Assembly: GCF_004010195.1 (NCBI RefSeq)
Contig: NC_057718.1
Location: forward strand, 6,715,068-6,757,667
Direction: 5' to 3'
Source of the DNA: Chiloscyllium plagiosum
Lineage: Eukaryota
DNA: 42,600 nt
Positions 11,390 through 24,105 of this stretch are shown here, piece after piece. Position numbers and translations under genes: made by a program. Numbering within the stretch: the stretch's first letter is position 1; each line of letters starts with the position of its first letter. The notes beneath the pieces were generated by a model. The model saw nothing but the letters and a program-made list of their open reading frames with translations. It ran no database searches and was not told where the DNA came from.

Positions 11390-12029
11390 CAGAGGAACCT
11401 CGATTATCTGAATATCAATCACCCGAATTTCAGATTATCCCAATAAGATCCCAAGGTCCCATAAAAACATTACATCAAACAGGTAAGTGAATTCGGTTTA
11501 CCTGTACTGAAGGACATGTGAAAACGCTGGCAAAAACAAAGAAACAGAACCACCTCAAGTATCAGCGACTGGATTTCTTTTGACGTAAGGGTTAGTTACA
11601 CAGCCCTTTGCAAAAGTAATTGTTTTATTCCAGTCACTTTACAGGGCCAATCACGATTAAAAAAGAGGCAGAGAAAGTAAACACATGCGCAAGGCGATGC
11701 TTCTGTATTTCTATCACCACACTGAGTTCAGCAGAAACTGACAAATGCTCTTGTGATTGTAAAAGCTGTTCAGGACCTTGCTTAATGCTGGGATTTATGC
11801 GATGGTAAGGGTTTAGCCCTTCTTTGTTTAACCTGCAATTTACAAAATGCAAAGATTAGTTTGTTTAAATAGCAGACTCATCAAAATTGTAGATTTAAAC
11901 AAACTCTCTGGTAGGAGCACAGTGTTAAATTAGTATGGCTTCCCTTGTTTGAGGTCAATTATCCGAATAATCAATTATCTGAACGAAATACTATCCGCCC
12001 GACTCGTTCAGATAATTGAGGTTCCTCTG
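11390..12029. mobile_element. Tc1/mariner (Tigger/pogo-like) MITE
   Basis: 23-bp terminal inverted repeats CAGAGGAACCTCGATTATCTGAA and TTCAGATAATTGAGGTTCCTCTG (1 mismatch). TA at 11388-89 and 12030-31. Subterminal ATTATCYGAA repeats. No transposase ORF. Confidence 0.9.
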
Positions 12030-12419
12030 TACTGCATTAGAGACCTGTATTGATGTAAATACAGAGGTTCACAGAACTGGACTGAGGAGAGAGTCTATTC
12101 CTAAAATAGGGAGGAACAAGGGATGCTGGGGATCACAAAGACTGATAGCTAATCAAAACCAGCAGCTTTGCAGAGTGTGTTTCACCATCCTCAGCCCAGA
12201 GACATGACGCTCAGGTAGTTCTATTATGGTGCAGTGGTACTTTCCCTGCATCTGGATCAGGAGGCTCGTGTTTAAGTCCCACCTGCTCCAGAGATTTGTA
12301 GTAACGTCTCTGAACAAGTCGATGAGAAATATCCAAAAAAAACTCCAAAGTGTGGATGCTAGAAATCAGAAACAAAAACAGAAACTACTGCACAAACTCA
12401 GCAAATCTGGCAGAATCCA

Positions 12420-12677
12420 TGGACTGAGATGAGGAAGTATTTCTTCACCCAGAGAGTTGTGGAACTCTCTCCCACAGGAAGCTGTTGGAACCAATTTGTT
12501 AGGTATATTCAAGAGGGAGCTGGATGTGGCCCTTGAGGCTAATGGGATCACGGGGTAAGGAGAGAAAGCCGGAATGGGGTACAGGGATTGCAGGGTCAGC
12601 CATGATCATATTAAATGGTGGTGCAGGATCGAAGGGCCGAATGGCCTACTCCTGCACCTATTTTCTATGTTTCTATG
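12420..12677 (+). mobile_element. CR1 LINE 3' fragment
   Basis: FFTQRVVELSP-like end with a ttctatgtttctatg tail. Confidence 0.75.
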
Positions 12678-12932
12678 TGCTGTGTGCATTTATGGATACA
12701 TGCAACCACTCTATTCAGACATGTCATGACATAGATATGGATAGGTGGGAGCTGAACTTGGATCTCCTAGTCCAGATGTACAATCACTGCCACTGCACCA
12801 CAAGACCCCAAAACACAGAAGTTATTTTTTTAAATTAATGTCTGCAAACATGGTAGGTCTCACCTCTGGGGTTAGTAGTATGTGAACCCAAAGGTGCAGA
12901 CATACCACTGTACCATCTCATGGATAAACAGA

Positions 12933-13289
12933 TTGTGTGTGTGTGTATGTGTGTGTGTGTGTAAGAGTGTGAGTATGTGTCTGTGTGTGTGTGAAAGAGA
13001 GAGTGAGTGTATGTGTGTCTGTGCTTGTGAGTCTGTGTGTGTCTGTGTATCAGAGAGAGAGTGTGTGTTTGTGTGTGTCAGAGAGAGTGTGTGTATGAGA
13101 GAGAGAATGTGTGAGTATGAGAGAGAGAGAGTTTGTGTGTATGTGAGAGAGCGAGAGTGTGTGTGAGAGAGTGAGTAAGTGAGTGAGTGTGTATATGTAT
13201 GTCAGAGTGTGTGTGTCAGAGAGAGAATGTGTGCGTATGTGTGAGAGAGAGAGAGAGTGAGAGAGTGTGTGAGTGAGTGTGTGTGTGTG
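12933..13289. repeat. Compound (GT)n/(GA)n microsatellite
   Basis: Direct inspection. Confidence 0.95.
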
Positions 13290-13734
13290 AAAATCATATT
13301 TTTGAGTTTACAAAGAATGTAATGGTCATAAGTGTCAATTCTAGATCACAATGGTTGAAAACTCAAAGTTTATGACAGAAATCATAAAAGTCAGGTAATA
13401 AAATACAAAATGTGTCACAAAGACATTAGTTACTAAGATCTGGAACCAATTACTTAAATTATTTAATAAGTAATGCAAAATTAAAATCCTGGCAGTGTTT
13501 TTACATAATTAATAATAGCATTACAAATCTCTGCTAATGTGAGTGGATTTTTATTTATTTGAAGTGTTGAGCCAACAAAGTTAGATGCAGTATTGCCTAC
13601 TGAACGGAGCCAGAAGGAGACACATATAGACAGGCTTATGTAATCCAAGAATCCATTTGGTTTTAGTACATTTGGTGTAAACCCTAATTGTCTCTAAACT
13701 GGTCCAGAACTCATGTTGAAATGTACTTGATTCA

Positions 13735-13986
13735 ATTTGATTTATTGATGTCAGATGTACCTAAGTACAGTGAAAAGTTTTGTTTTACGAGCAGTACAGG
13801 CAGATCATAACATACTAGGATATAGAGATCATAGGGTGCATAGATAGAGTGAGGCCTACAAGGTTATGGCTGTACAGGAGGTGCACAAAGCAAAAACGTA
13901 GATTTGAAGTTAGAGAGATCCACTCAGCAGTCTAATAACAGTGGGGAAGAAGCTGTTCCTGAACCTGTTGGTGCGTGTGTTCAAAG
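13735..13986 (-). mobile_element. Rex1-like LINE 3' end (continues at 18155-18605)
   Basis: Matches 21590-21845 and the reverse complement of 37680-37870. Confidence 0.7.
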
Positions 13987-16900
13987 CTTACCTCGTAAGT
14001 CAGCAGCCTCCATTTTTGCAGCGGGAGCGGTGAGAGCAAGGAGCAGGGAGCTGTTGGGAAGGTAAGTAAATCCTATTAAAAACTTACCTCATGTATAGGC
14101 GGAATGCACACTGAGCAGGAGCGGACATGGAACTGCTGGATAAGTGAGGTTATATATTTGGGGGTGGTTGCTTTACCCGAAACACTACTTAGGTAGTGTC
14201 TCCCACCCATCCTCCTCCTCGAACCAAAAAGAAAAGTTCTGTGCATCGATTTAGGAAGGTTACTAGATTTTTTTTCAATATTCTCTTTGGGAATTTTGAA
14301 CAGTGGGAATGGATGTTAGGGCAGTTGCACACTCCTCCTGTATAATGGGGGAGGCCACTGGTATCCCTGCTGACCTCATCTGTTGGAAGTGCACCCAACT
14401 CCAGCTCCTCAGAGAACACATTAGGGAACTGGTGCTGGAGCTGGATGAACTTTAGATGATTCAGGAGGCTCGGAAGTTACAGGGAGGTTGTCACACCTCA
14501 GGTACAAGAACAAAGTAGATGGGTTACAGTCAGGGGATGGAAAGGGAACAGGCAGACAGTGCGAGGATCTCCAGTGGCTGTTTCTCTCAATAACTAGTTT
14601 ACTGTTTTGGATACTGTTGTGGGGGAGACTTACCGGAGTAAGCCATGGGGTACAGGTCTCTGGCACAGTGTCTATCCCTGTTGCTCAGAAGGGAAGGGGT
14701 GGGGTGGAGGGAGAGGGGGTAGGTGAAAGTAGAGCATTAGTCACTGGGGACTCCATAGTTAGGAGGACAGATAGGAGGTTCTGTGGGAACGAGAGGGACT
14801 CACGGTTGGTGTGTTGCCTCCCAGATGCCAGGGTTCGTGATGTCTCTGATCGTGTTTTTGGGATCCTTAAGGGGGAGGGGGAGCAGCCCCAAGTCGTGTC
14901 CGCATAGGCACTAACGACATAGGTAGGAAAAGGGATGGGAACGTAAGGCAGAAATTCAAGGAGCTACGGTGGAAATTTAGTCCTGGAACAGACAGGGTTG
15001 TTATCTCTGGTTTGTTACTCGTACCACATGCTAGCGAGGTGAGGAGTAGGGACAGAGAGCAATTGGACCCGTGGTTATAGGATGGTGCAAGAGGGAGGCA
15101 TTCAGATCCTTGGATAATTGGGGATAATTCTGGGGTAGGTGGGACCTCTATAAACAGGATGGTCGACATCTGAACCAGAGGGTTACCAATATACTGGGGG
15201 GGATGTTTGCGAATGCTCTTCGGGAGGATTTAAACTAATTCAGCAGGGAGATGGGAACCGGACTTGTAGCTCCAGGGTACAGGAGATTGAGAGTAGTGAG
15301 GTCATGAATAAGGTTTCAAGGTCGCAGGAGAGTACTGGCAGGCAGGAAGGTGGTTTGAAGTGTGTCTACTTCAATGCTAGGAACATCCAGAATAAGGTGG
15401 GTGAACTTGTAGCATGGGTTCGTACCTGAAACTTCAATATTGTGGCCATTTCAGAGACATGGATAGAGCAGGGACAGGAATGGTTGTTGCAGGTTCCGGG
15501 GTTTAGATGTTTCAGTAAGAACAGAGAAGATGATAATAGAGAGGTAGGTGTGGCATTGTTAGTCAAGGATAGTATTGTCGTGGCAGAAAGGACTTTTGAG
15601 GAATTGTCTACTGAGGTAGTATGGGCTGAGGTTAGAAACAGGAAATGAGAGGTCACCCTGTTGGGAATTTCTATGGGCTTCTGAAAAGTGCCAGAGTTGT
15701 GGAAGGAAAGGATTGCAAAGATGATTCTGTATAGGAGTGGAAGTAACAGGGTAGCTGCTATGGGGCTTTAACTTTACAAATATTGACTGGAAATACTATA
15801 ATTTGATTACCTTAGATGGGTCAGTTTTTGTCCAATGTGTGCAGGATGGTTTCCTGACACAGTTTGTAGACAAGCCAACAAGGGGCAAGGCTACATTGGA
15901 CTTGGTACTGGGTAATCAACCCGGCTAGGTGTTAGATTTGGAGGTAGGTGAGCACTTTGGTGATAGTGACTACAATTCCGTTATGTTTATTGTAGGGATG
16001 GAAAGCGATAGGTATATACCGCAGGGCAAGAGCTAAAGCTGGGGGGAAGGCAATTATGAGGTGATTAGGCAAGATTTAGGATGCATAGGATGGGGAAGGA
16101 AACTGCAGGGGATGGGCACAACTGAAATGTGGAGCTTGTTCAAGGACCAGCTACTGCGTGTCCTTGATTAGTATGTACCGGTCAAGCAGGGAGGAAGTGG
16201 TCGAGCGAGGATACCGTGGTTTAATAAAGAAGTTGAATCTCTTGTCAAGGGGAAGAAGGAGGCTTATGTAAAGGTGAGATGTGAAGGCTCAGTTAGGGCA
16301 CTTCAGAGTTCCAAGTTAGCCAGGAAAGACCAAAAGATAAAGCTAAGAAGAGCCAGGAGGGGACATGAGAATTCATTGGCAGATAGGATCAAGGAAAACC
16401 CTAAAGCTTTCTATAGCTGAATCAGGAATAAAAGAATGACTCGAGCAAGATAAGGGCCTGTCAAGGACAGTAGTGGGAAGCTGTGCGTGGAGTCTGAAGA
16501 GATAGGAGAGACGCTAAATGAATAATTTTCATCAGTATTCACACAGGAAAAAGACAATGTTGTCAAGGAGAATACTGAGATACAGGCTATTAGACCAGAC
16601 AGGATTAAGGTTCATAAGGAGGAGTTGTTCGCAATTCTGGAAAGTGTGAAAATAGATAAGTCCCCTGGGCCTGATGGGATTCATCCTAGGATTCATCTCC
16701 TCTCTAGCTTCCTCTGGGAAGCTAGAGAGGAGATTGCTTTGATCTTTACGTTGTCATTGTCTACAGAAATAGTGCCAGAAGACTGGAGGATAGCAAATGT
16801 TGTCCCCTTGTTCAAGAAGGGGAGTCGACACAACGCTGGTAATTATAGACCAGTGAGCCTTACTTCGGTTGTGGGCAAAGTGTTGGAAAGGATTATAAGA

Positions 16901-18154
16901 GATAGGATTTATAATCATCTAGAAAAGAATAACCTGATTAGAGATAGTCAACACGGTTTTACGAAGGGTAGGTTGTGCCTCACAAACCTTACTGAGTTCT
17001 TTGAGAAGGTGTTCAAACAGGTGGAAGAAGCTAAAGCAGTTGATGTGGTGTATATGGATTTCAGTAAGGGGTTTGATAAGGTTCCCCATAGTAGGCTATT
17101 GCAGAAAATACAGAGGCATGGGATTGGAACAGAAATTGGCGAGGTGATGGGAAGGTGGTGGTTGATGGGAAATGTTTATCCTGGAGTTCAGTTTTGAGGC
17201 TACTGCTGTTTGTTATTTTTATAAATGACCTGGATGAGGGTGTAAAAGGATGGGTTAGTAAATTTGCGGATAACAATAAGGTCTGTACAGTTATGGATAG
17301 TGCCGAAGGATGTTATAGATTACAGAGGGGCATAGATAAGCTGCAGAGCTGGGCTGAGAGGTGGCAAATGGAGTTTAATGCAGACAAGCGTGAGGGAGTA
17401 GCAGGTATACAGAGTACTTGGCTAATGGTAAGATTCTTGGTAATGTAATGAGCGGAGTGATCTCGGTGTCCATGTGCATAGATCCCTGAAAGTTGCCACC
17501 CAGGTTGACAGGGTTGTTAAGAAGGCCTATGGTGTGTTAGCTTTTATTGTTGAGGGATTGAGTTTCAGAGTCATGAGGTCATGTTGCAGCTGTACAAAAT
17601 TCTGGTGCAGACTCACTTGGAGTATTACTTACAGCTCTGGTCACCGCATTATAGGACGGACGTGGAAGCATTGGAAAGGTGCAAAGGCGATTTACTAGAA
17701 CGTTGCCTGGTATGGAGGGAATGTCTTATGAGGAAAGGCTGAGGGACTTGAGGCTGTATTCATTAGAGAGAAGAAGGTTAAAATGTGGCTGAATAGAGAC
17801 ATACAAGATGATCAGAGGTTTAGATAAGGTGGGCAGTGAGAGCCTTTTTCCTCGGATGGTGATGGCTAGCACGAGGGGGCATACCTTTAAACTGAGGTGT
17901 GATAGATAGAGGACGGATGTCTGGGGTAGTTTCTTTACTCAGAGAGTAATAAGGGCATGGAATGCACTGCCTGCAACAATAGTTGACTCACCAATTTTAA
18001 GGGCATTTCAATGGTCATTGGATAAATATATGGATGATAATGGAATAGCGTAGGTTAGATGGGCTTCAGATTTGGTTCCACAGGTCAGCACAACATCGAG
18101 AGCTGAAGGGTCTGTACTGCACTGCTATGTTCTATGTTCTGCTATGTTCTATGT
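13987..18154 (+). mobile_element. Near full-length decayed CR1 LINE (ORF1 esterase; ORF2 APE and RT)
   Basis: ORF1 remnant with SGNH-type GDSIVR...VCCLPDARV. ORF2 motifs CVYFNARNI, AISETW, KSPGPDGIHPR, NYRPVSLTSVVGKVLE, YMDFSKGFDKVPH and SKFADN. (TTCTATG)-type tail at 18125-18154. Many stops and frameshifts. Confidence 0.93.
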
Positions 18155-18605
18155 TCCGCTTAATGGAAGAGGTTGGAAGTGATTATAACCCAGGTGAGAG
18201 GGGTCTTTGATGATGTTGGCTGCCTTTCTGCAGCTATGAGAAGTATAAATGGAATCCATGGATGGACGTTTGGCTTGGCTGATGGTCTGGACTGTGCACA
18301 CAACCTTTTGTAGTTTCTTACAGTCCTGGGCATAACAATTACCATACCAGGCTGTTATGCACCAGGACAATATGCTTTCAATGGGGCATCTGTAGGAGTT
18401 GGTGAGGGTCCGTATGGACATGCTGAATTTCCCGAGCTGAGGAAGAAGCAGCACTGTTGTGCCTTCTTGACCACGGGAGGGCCAGGATAGATTGTTGGCG
18501 ATCATCACTCCTCGGAACTTGACGCCCTTGACTCTCCCCACCTTGGCTCCATTGATATAGGTAAGGCTATATCCTCGTCCTTTCCTCCTGAAGTTGATGA
18601 TGACT
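18155..18605 (-). mobile_element. Rex1/Babar-like LINE ORF C-terminal fragment
   Basis: YRCPIESILSWCITAWYGNC...KAANIIKDPSHLG...LP. Confidence 0.8.
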
Positions 18606-19074
18606 AAATGCGCTACCTCATGCTGCTGTGGGAACTCTCAGACACACTGCGCAAGGCAGAAATGCTTCAGGGTTGTCCACAAAGCCATCTTAAATAGATC
18701 AAACATCCTCCCCTGCTGGACCATGGGAAGCCCTGGTTTGAGCGGCTGACCAAAACCGGGAAGGTTTATTTGGGAAACGCATTGAGAGATTTTCTTGGAA
18801 TCTTACAGGAGTGAAGCAAGGATACATACAGAGTGCACTGTTGCAGTCATGGCAAATTCTGAAGCAAAGTCGCTGGCGTGAGCGGGAAATGTTTGCACAG
18901 CAAGATCCCACCGAACAGCTATGGGATAATGAGCAGATGAACTTATTTCTTTGAGTGATGTGAAATGAAGGGTACATTTTAGCCACGTTGCAGGGGTAAC
19001 TCACTTAGGCGTCTTCAAATCAGTGCCAGACTGTTGTTTTTAACTCAACTGAGGTCCCCATGTTGAGTAAAGAC

Positions 19075-19165
19075 ACTTCACCAGAGGAAGGAGCAGTGCT
19101 CCGAAAGCTTGTGATTGCAAATAAGCCTGTTGGACGATAACCTGGCGCTATGTGGCTTCTGACCT
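19075..19165 (+). mobile_element. Short Penelope-like fragment with mutated hammerhead core
   Basis: CAGAGGA-A-GGAGC-agt-GCTCC-GAAAGC. Same family as 5036-5237. Confidence 0.6.
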
Positions 19166-19774
19166 AATTCTAGAATCTAACGGTTCTATAATTTGAATGT
19201 TAACGACAAAGCTAATTAAAAGTAAGGTGATAAAATACAGACTTCATGCTTCACTGAAATGCAAATTGTTAGGAAGTGAAACCTCATGACAATTGTGATA
19301 ATTGAATCCGTAATAAAAATACATGTATGGTGTTATACTTTTTTTATTGCAGTGTGGGTCCATTTCTGTGAATTTCAAATGTAGAGCCAAGAAATTTAGA
19401 TACAGTACTAGCTACTTAACAGAAACCACAAGGAGACACATACAGATGGGCTTATGTCATCCAAAAACTCATCCGTTTTTTTCTTATACTCACAGTTGGA
19501 ACAAACCTTAATTGCTTCCAAGCCAGTCCACAACTCAGGTTGAGTTGTAAGGCATTTGTTTCATTGGCGATCCTGTCCCATGCTTTGTACACTTGTCAGG
19601 AAAACATCTTGCTTTTTGCTGTTCTGTAATTGAAATAAAGGCTAATGCAAACAGCTCGCATTGTCACCCTTTCAGGATGCCCCAAAGTGCCTTACATCTA
19701 ATGAGCCATTTCTGAAATTTGTAATAGAGGAGGTTGGGTTAGTCAATATGTGCACAGCAACTTCCCACAGAAAG

Positions 19775-20225
19775 AGACCATAAGACCATCAAACATAGGA
19801 GCAGAAATTTGGCCATTCAGCCCATTGAGTCTGCTCCGCCATTCAATCATGGCTGATAAGTTTCTCAATCCCATTCTCCGGCTTTCTCCCCGTAACCCTT
19901 TATTCCATTAATACTCAAGAACCTTTCTATCTCTGTCTTAGATACACTCAATGACCTGGCCTCCACAGCCTTCTGTGGCAGTGAATTCCACAGATTCCCC
20001 GTTCTTGGGCTAAAGAAGCTTTTCCTTATCTCCGTTCAAAAAGGTCCTCCTTTTACTCTAAGGCTATGCCTTTGGGTCCTAGTCTCTCCTACCAATGGAA
20101 ATGTCTTCCCAACATCCACTCTGTCCAGGCCATTCAGTATTCTGTACGTTTCAATTGGATTCCCCCTCATCCTTCTGAACTCCATCAAGTATGAACCCAG
20201 AGTCCTCAGAAGTTCCTCATATGTT
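19775..20225 (-). mobile_element. CR1 LINE 3' fragment
   Basis: (agaccata)-type tail and ggccattcagccc followed by the reverse complement of the CR1 ORF2 end. Confidence 0.75.
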
Positions 20226-20590
20226 AATAGTGATGAGATAACCTGTTAGAGTGACGCTGGTTGAGGGATAAATGTTAGCACTCCAATGCTCTTCTTCAAA
20301 TAGTGTCTGGAAATCTTTCCCACCTACCCAGAGGGCGGGTGAAGCCTCCGATTTATATCTGATCTGAAAGCTAGGAAAGTGCGGCACTCCCTTAGGGCTG
20401 CATTCAGATTGTCAGCCTGGATTCAGTCTCTGGAGTATTCTCTATTCTTCATTGTCAAGGCAGGATTTTCTCCAACAAGTAGATGCTCTGATAGCCCTTT
20501 AAAACCCACCCAGGAAGACCATACCCTAATATAATACTGTACGCCTGGAGGCTCTTTGGTCCATGCCGCTGTGGTAGCTCTTTTTTAGTA

Positions 20591-21040
20591 CAGGTAGACA
20601 ATCCTTTATCCAAAACCCTTGGGACCAGCTGTCTTTCGGATTGTGGAATTTTTTGGATAAAGGATTAAATGACATTTTCATCGTAAAATAAAACAAAATT
20701 ACCGAACAGCAGACACACCTGTGATTACTGTGATTTGGAGATGCTAGCGTTTGACTGGGATGTACAAAGTTAAAAATCACACAAGACCAGGTTATAGTCC
20801 AACAGGTTAAATCGGAAGCACACTAGTGATTACTGTGAGCTCTGAGACAGAATTGACACCTGCCAGTGCTGGGCCACACCGCTACGTCACACCTGATTGA
20901 TGTGGGTTGAGTGGGTGTGGAGTTGAGTTAACTGTTTGCACGCCAAATGACATAGTTGTTGAGAAAAAAGTTCAGAAAAAACACTTCGGATTTCGGAGCT
21001 TTTCGGATTTTGGGATTTCAGGTAAAGGATTGTCAACCTG
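20591..21040. mobile_element. Tigger4/MER46-like MITE with nested Penelope-like fragment (20734-20825)
   Basis: Imperfect terminal inverted repeats CAGGTAGACAATCCTTTATCC and GGTAAAGGATTGTCAACCTG. TA on the left, TG on the right. The nested insert is flanked by the 13-bp TSD gtgattactgtga. Confidence 0.8.
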
Positions 21041-21084
21041 TGCCATCCAATTAGTCTCACTCCTTAGTTCAATTGATACAAAAT

Positions 21085-22330
21085 TGGTCAGATTGCTGAT
21101 AATGAAGAGAAGGCTGTTGGTTGCAGAAAGACATCAATGAAAGAGATGAGCAGAAAAATGATAAATGGAGTTCATTGGAGAACAATGTAAAGCAATGCAT
21201 CAGAAGATAGCAATCCAGGGATGGGACATTGCAATGGAATGATAACTGACTGAGTGTGGAAAGGAAATGAGGGAACTTGGATAGATTGCTACAAATGCTT
21301 GAAGGTCACATTCTTGTTGGTTAAGAAGGTAAATGCGGTATTTTCTCCTATTAGATATTATGAATTGCATTGAACTATATAAGATATTGGGTAAGTAATA
21401 GCTAAATTACTAAGTTCAGTTTTGGTCACTACATTGTGGGATTACTCTCGAAAGGATACAGAGGAGGCTCACAAAGCTGTTGTCAGGGAAAGAAAATCTT
21501 AAGGATGAGAGTAAGTTGAATAGTTTCGGGACTGCTTGGAACAGAGGAGACTGACAGAGATTGAAATGTGTGTACATTTCGGTTAGGGATTTGGTTTGAT
21601 TTATTGTGGTCATGTGTACCTTTGGTTTGTGAGCAGTACAGGCAGATCACAGCAAATAAGTACATAGCGATCATAGGGTGCTTAAACAGAGCAAGGCATG
21701 CAAGATTACAGCTGCACAGAAGGTTCACAAAGCAAGATCCACATTATTTAGAGAGATCCATTCATCAGTCTAATAACAGCGGGGAATAAGCTGTTCTTGA
21801 ATCTGTTGGTCCGTGTGTTCAAGCTTCTGTATCTTCTGCCTGATGTGAGCTGAGTACATTATGAGTATGTGTGAGGTGAATACTTAATGTACATTTATAA
21901 GACACCCGTTTAGAATGGATAACTTCCATTAGTGTGGGTGTAAATTTAAAAGTAATTGGGAGAAGGATGTGTTAAGATGTGTTTTCATCTCCCAGAAGGA
22001 AAATCCAGTAAAACTGGTGAATAGGGCATACTGGTTTCACTTATATACTTCAATATAGGCCTCCAGTATGACCAGGAATTTCCAAGTATTGCTGTTTCCT
22101 TATGGGTCTTTACCTCTGGGCAGCGAGATGGTGGTGGTCTCTTGAGAAGTTGCTTGAGGTAAAAGCCCCTGCTGCATTTTAACAAATACTTGGATGGTCA
22201 CATAAAATGTCAAGTGTACAGGGCAACAGACTCAGAGCTGAAAGCTGGACCAGGCTGGATGACTGTTTTCTCATCGGAGGTAGGTACAATGGACTAAGTG
22301 GCTTCCTTCAGTACCATGAGTTGCTACTGC
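21085..22330 (+). mobile_element. Old degenerate CR1 with a Rex1-like 3' end inserted (21590-21845, - strand)
   Basis: Decayed CR1 motifs (ttcagttttggtcac, tail at about 22285-22330). The insert matches 13735-13986. Confidence 0.55.
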
Positions 22331-23634
22331 TATGATCCCCATTGTTGCAACTGCTGCTTTATAAATATCATCAAATACATTTTTAAAAGGTTGAACTGAG
22401 AGTGCTTCCATTGCCCTTCAGCATGGTCACAACATGCTCTATAATGAAACCGTTTTCCCCAGTCCTCCCCCCTGTCCTCTAGTCAATTCACCTTAAATCT
22501 GCTTTCTCTAGTTCATTACCCTCTGCTAATGGAAAATGTCTTTAGACATCCCCTTTAGTGGTAACATCTTGCTCTTTAAAAAAAATTCCAGTCATTGTGT
22601 TCAGTCAACTGAAGTGAATAGCCCAGGGTCCCGGAAATCCCTCACAAAACCCTAAACCACTGAATTGCTCTGTCTAACTAACTACCAAATTCATCTAAAA
22701 CAGTGATTGAAGATGAAGTAGATATTGCAGGTGAATAGCTATATCTCAGAAAATCTCACTTAACGTTCCATTCCTCAGCCCCCTTGAATACCCCCTTAAC
22801 CACTTCAATTGACAACACCCCTTTTCAATCCAACTTTCATTTCATATTGAGTTTTTCTTTACAATTCAACTCGTGCACCCAAAGTCAAAGTTGTTTCAAT
22901 ATTAATTGGCTCATAAAAGTACTTAACATTGGTTGCGATCTGTAAACCATTGCACGTGGCTATATTTATGCCTGTTCTGAAGAATTTCAAAAGTTCAAAG
23001 GACATTTCATTTCAGATTTAACCAGAAACATCTGTTGAGCGCTAACCTCCCCCAGCCTCCTGCTGGTATATTACAGGACCATTAAACAGTAACTGTCTCC
23101 TCAGTGCAACTTGCACAGTGTTTGATATGACAGGCAATTCACAGCCAGCACTCTGAGATTAGGAGCAGGCGAGGTTGCTTGCAAACTATTTGAGTCACAG
23201 CAGCAGGAAGCTTTAACTCTTGTTATTAGCTCATCATCATCCTTTTGTTTCCTTTGGCACAACTTGATGCATCCTTTTCTCCTCTTCCCTTTCCCCCTCA
23301 TTATTCTTCTCCCTCTCCTAATCTACCTTTCCATCAGCTTCCTATCATCTCCAACCTTCCCAAACCTCCCTCCGACGCCCTTCCTTCAAAGCATTCTGCT
23401 GTCTCGATGAACGCATGAAAAACTCAATCCCCACCTCTTACATCGATGCTGGAAAACGGGTGGAAAGAACGTAGTGGATTTGTGGTAGCAAGGAGGTTGG
23501 CACTGCCAAGGGCAATAATTCATGGAGAAGTCAACTGCAGTCAAGGTCATGTGGACAGGCTAACAAGGGTCAATGAAATGTTAGAGTTGGAATCAAGAAG
23601 AAGGAGATGGTGGGATGATAGCATTAGAGAAAAT

Positions 23635-24105
23635 GGGGCGACACAGCAGCTCAATGGTTAGCCCTGCTGCCTCACAATGCCAGGGATCCGGGTTCGATTC
23701 CAGCCTTGGGTGGAGTTTGCACTTTCTCCCCGTATCTGCCTGGGTTTCCTCCAGGTGAAGGGCTCATGCACAAAATGTTCCTCCTGAAGAAGGGCTCATG
23801 CCCGAAATGTCGATTCTCCTGCTCCTTGGATGCTACCTGACCTGCTGCGCTTTTTCAGCAACACATTTTCAGCTCTTTCCTCCAGGTGCTCCGGTTTCCT
23901 CCCAAAGTCCAAAGATGTGTAGATTAGGTGGATTGACCATGCTACATTTCCCACCGTGTTCAGGGTTGTGTACATTAGGGGCATTAGTCAGAGGTAAATC
24001 TAGAGTCATAGGCTAGGGGAATGGGTCTGGGCGGGATACAGTCTGGAGGGTTGGTGTGGACTTGTTGGGCCAAATGGCCTGTTCCACACTGTAGGGATTC
24101 TATGA
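23635..24105 (+). mobile_element. HE1-like tRNA-derived SINE with Penelope-like insert (23758-23875)
   Basis: A box-like gctcaatggtt and B box ggttcgattcc, tggagtttgcac core and CR1-like tail. The insert is flanked by the 13-bp TSD tttcctccaggtg. Confidence 0.85.
23780..23815 (+). ncRNA. Minimal hammerhead ribozyme motif
   Basis: CTGAAGA-A-GGGC-tcat-GCCC-GAAA-TGTC, preceded by a decayed tandem copy at 23756-23780. Confidence 0.6.

Noticed and set aside
16625..17197. 190-aa reverse transcriptase ORF as a functional gene
   Set aside because: A fragment of CR1 ORF2 surrounded by stops, frameshifts and deletions.
23635..23710. tRNA gene-like A/B boxes (also 27940, 33930 and 12225)
   Set aside because: These are SINE heads with no complete cloverleaf, and most continue into a SINE body.
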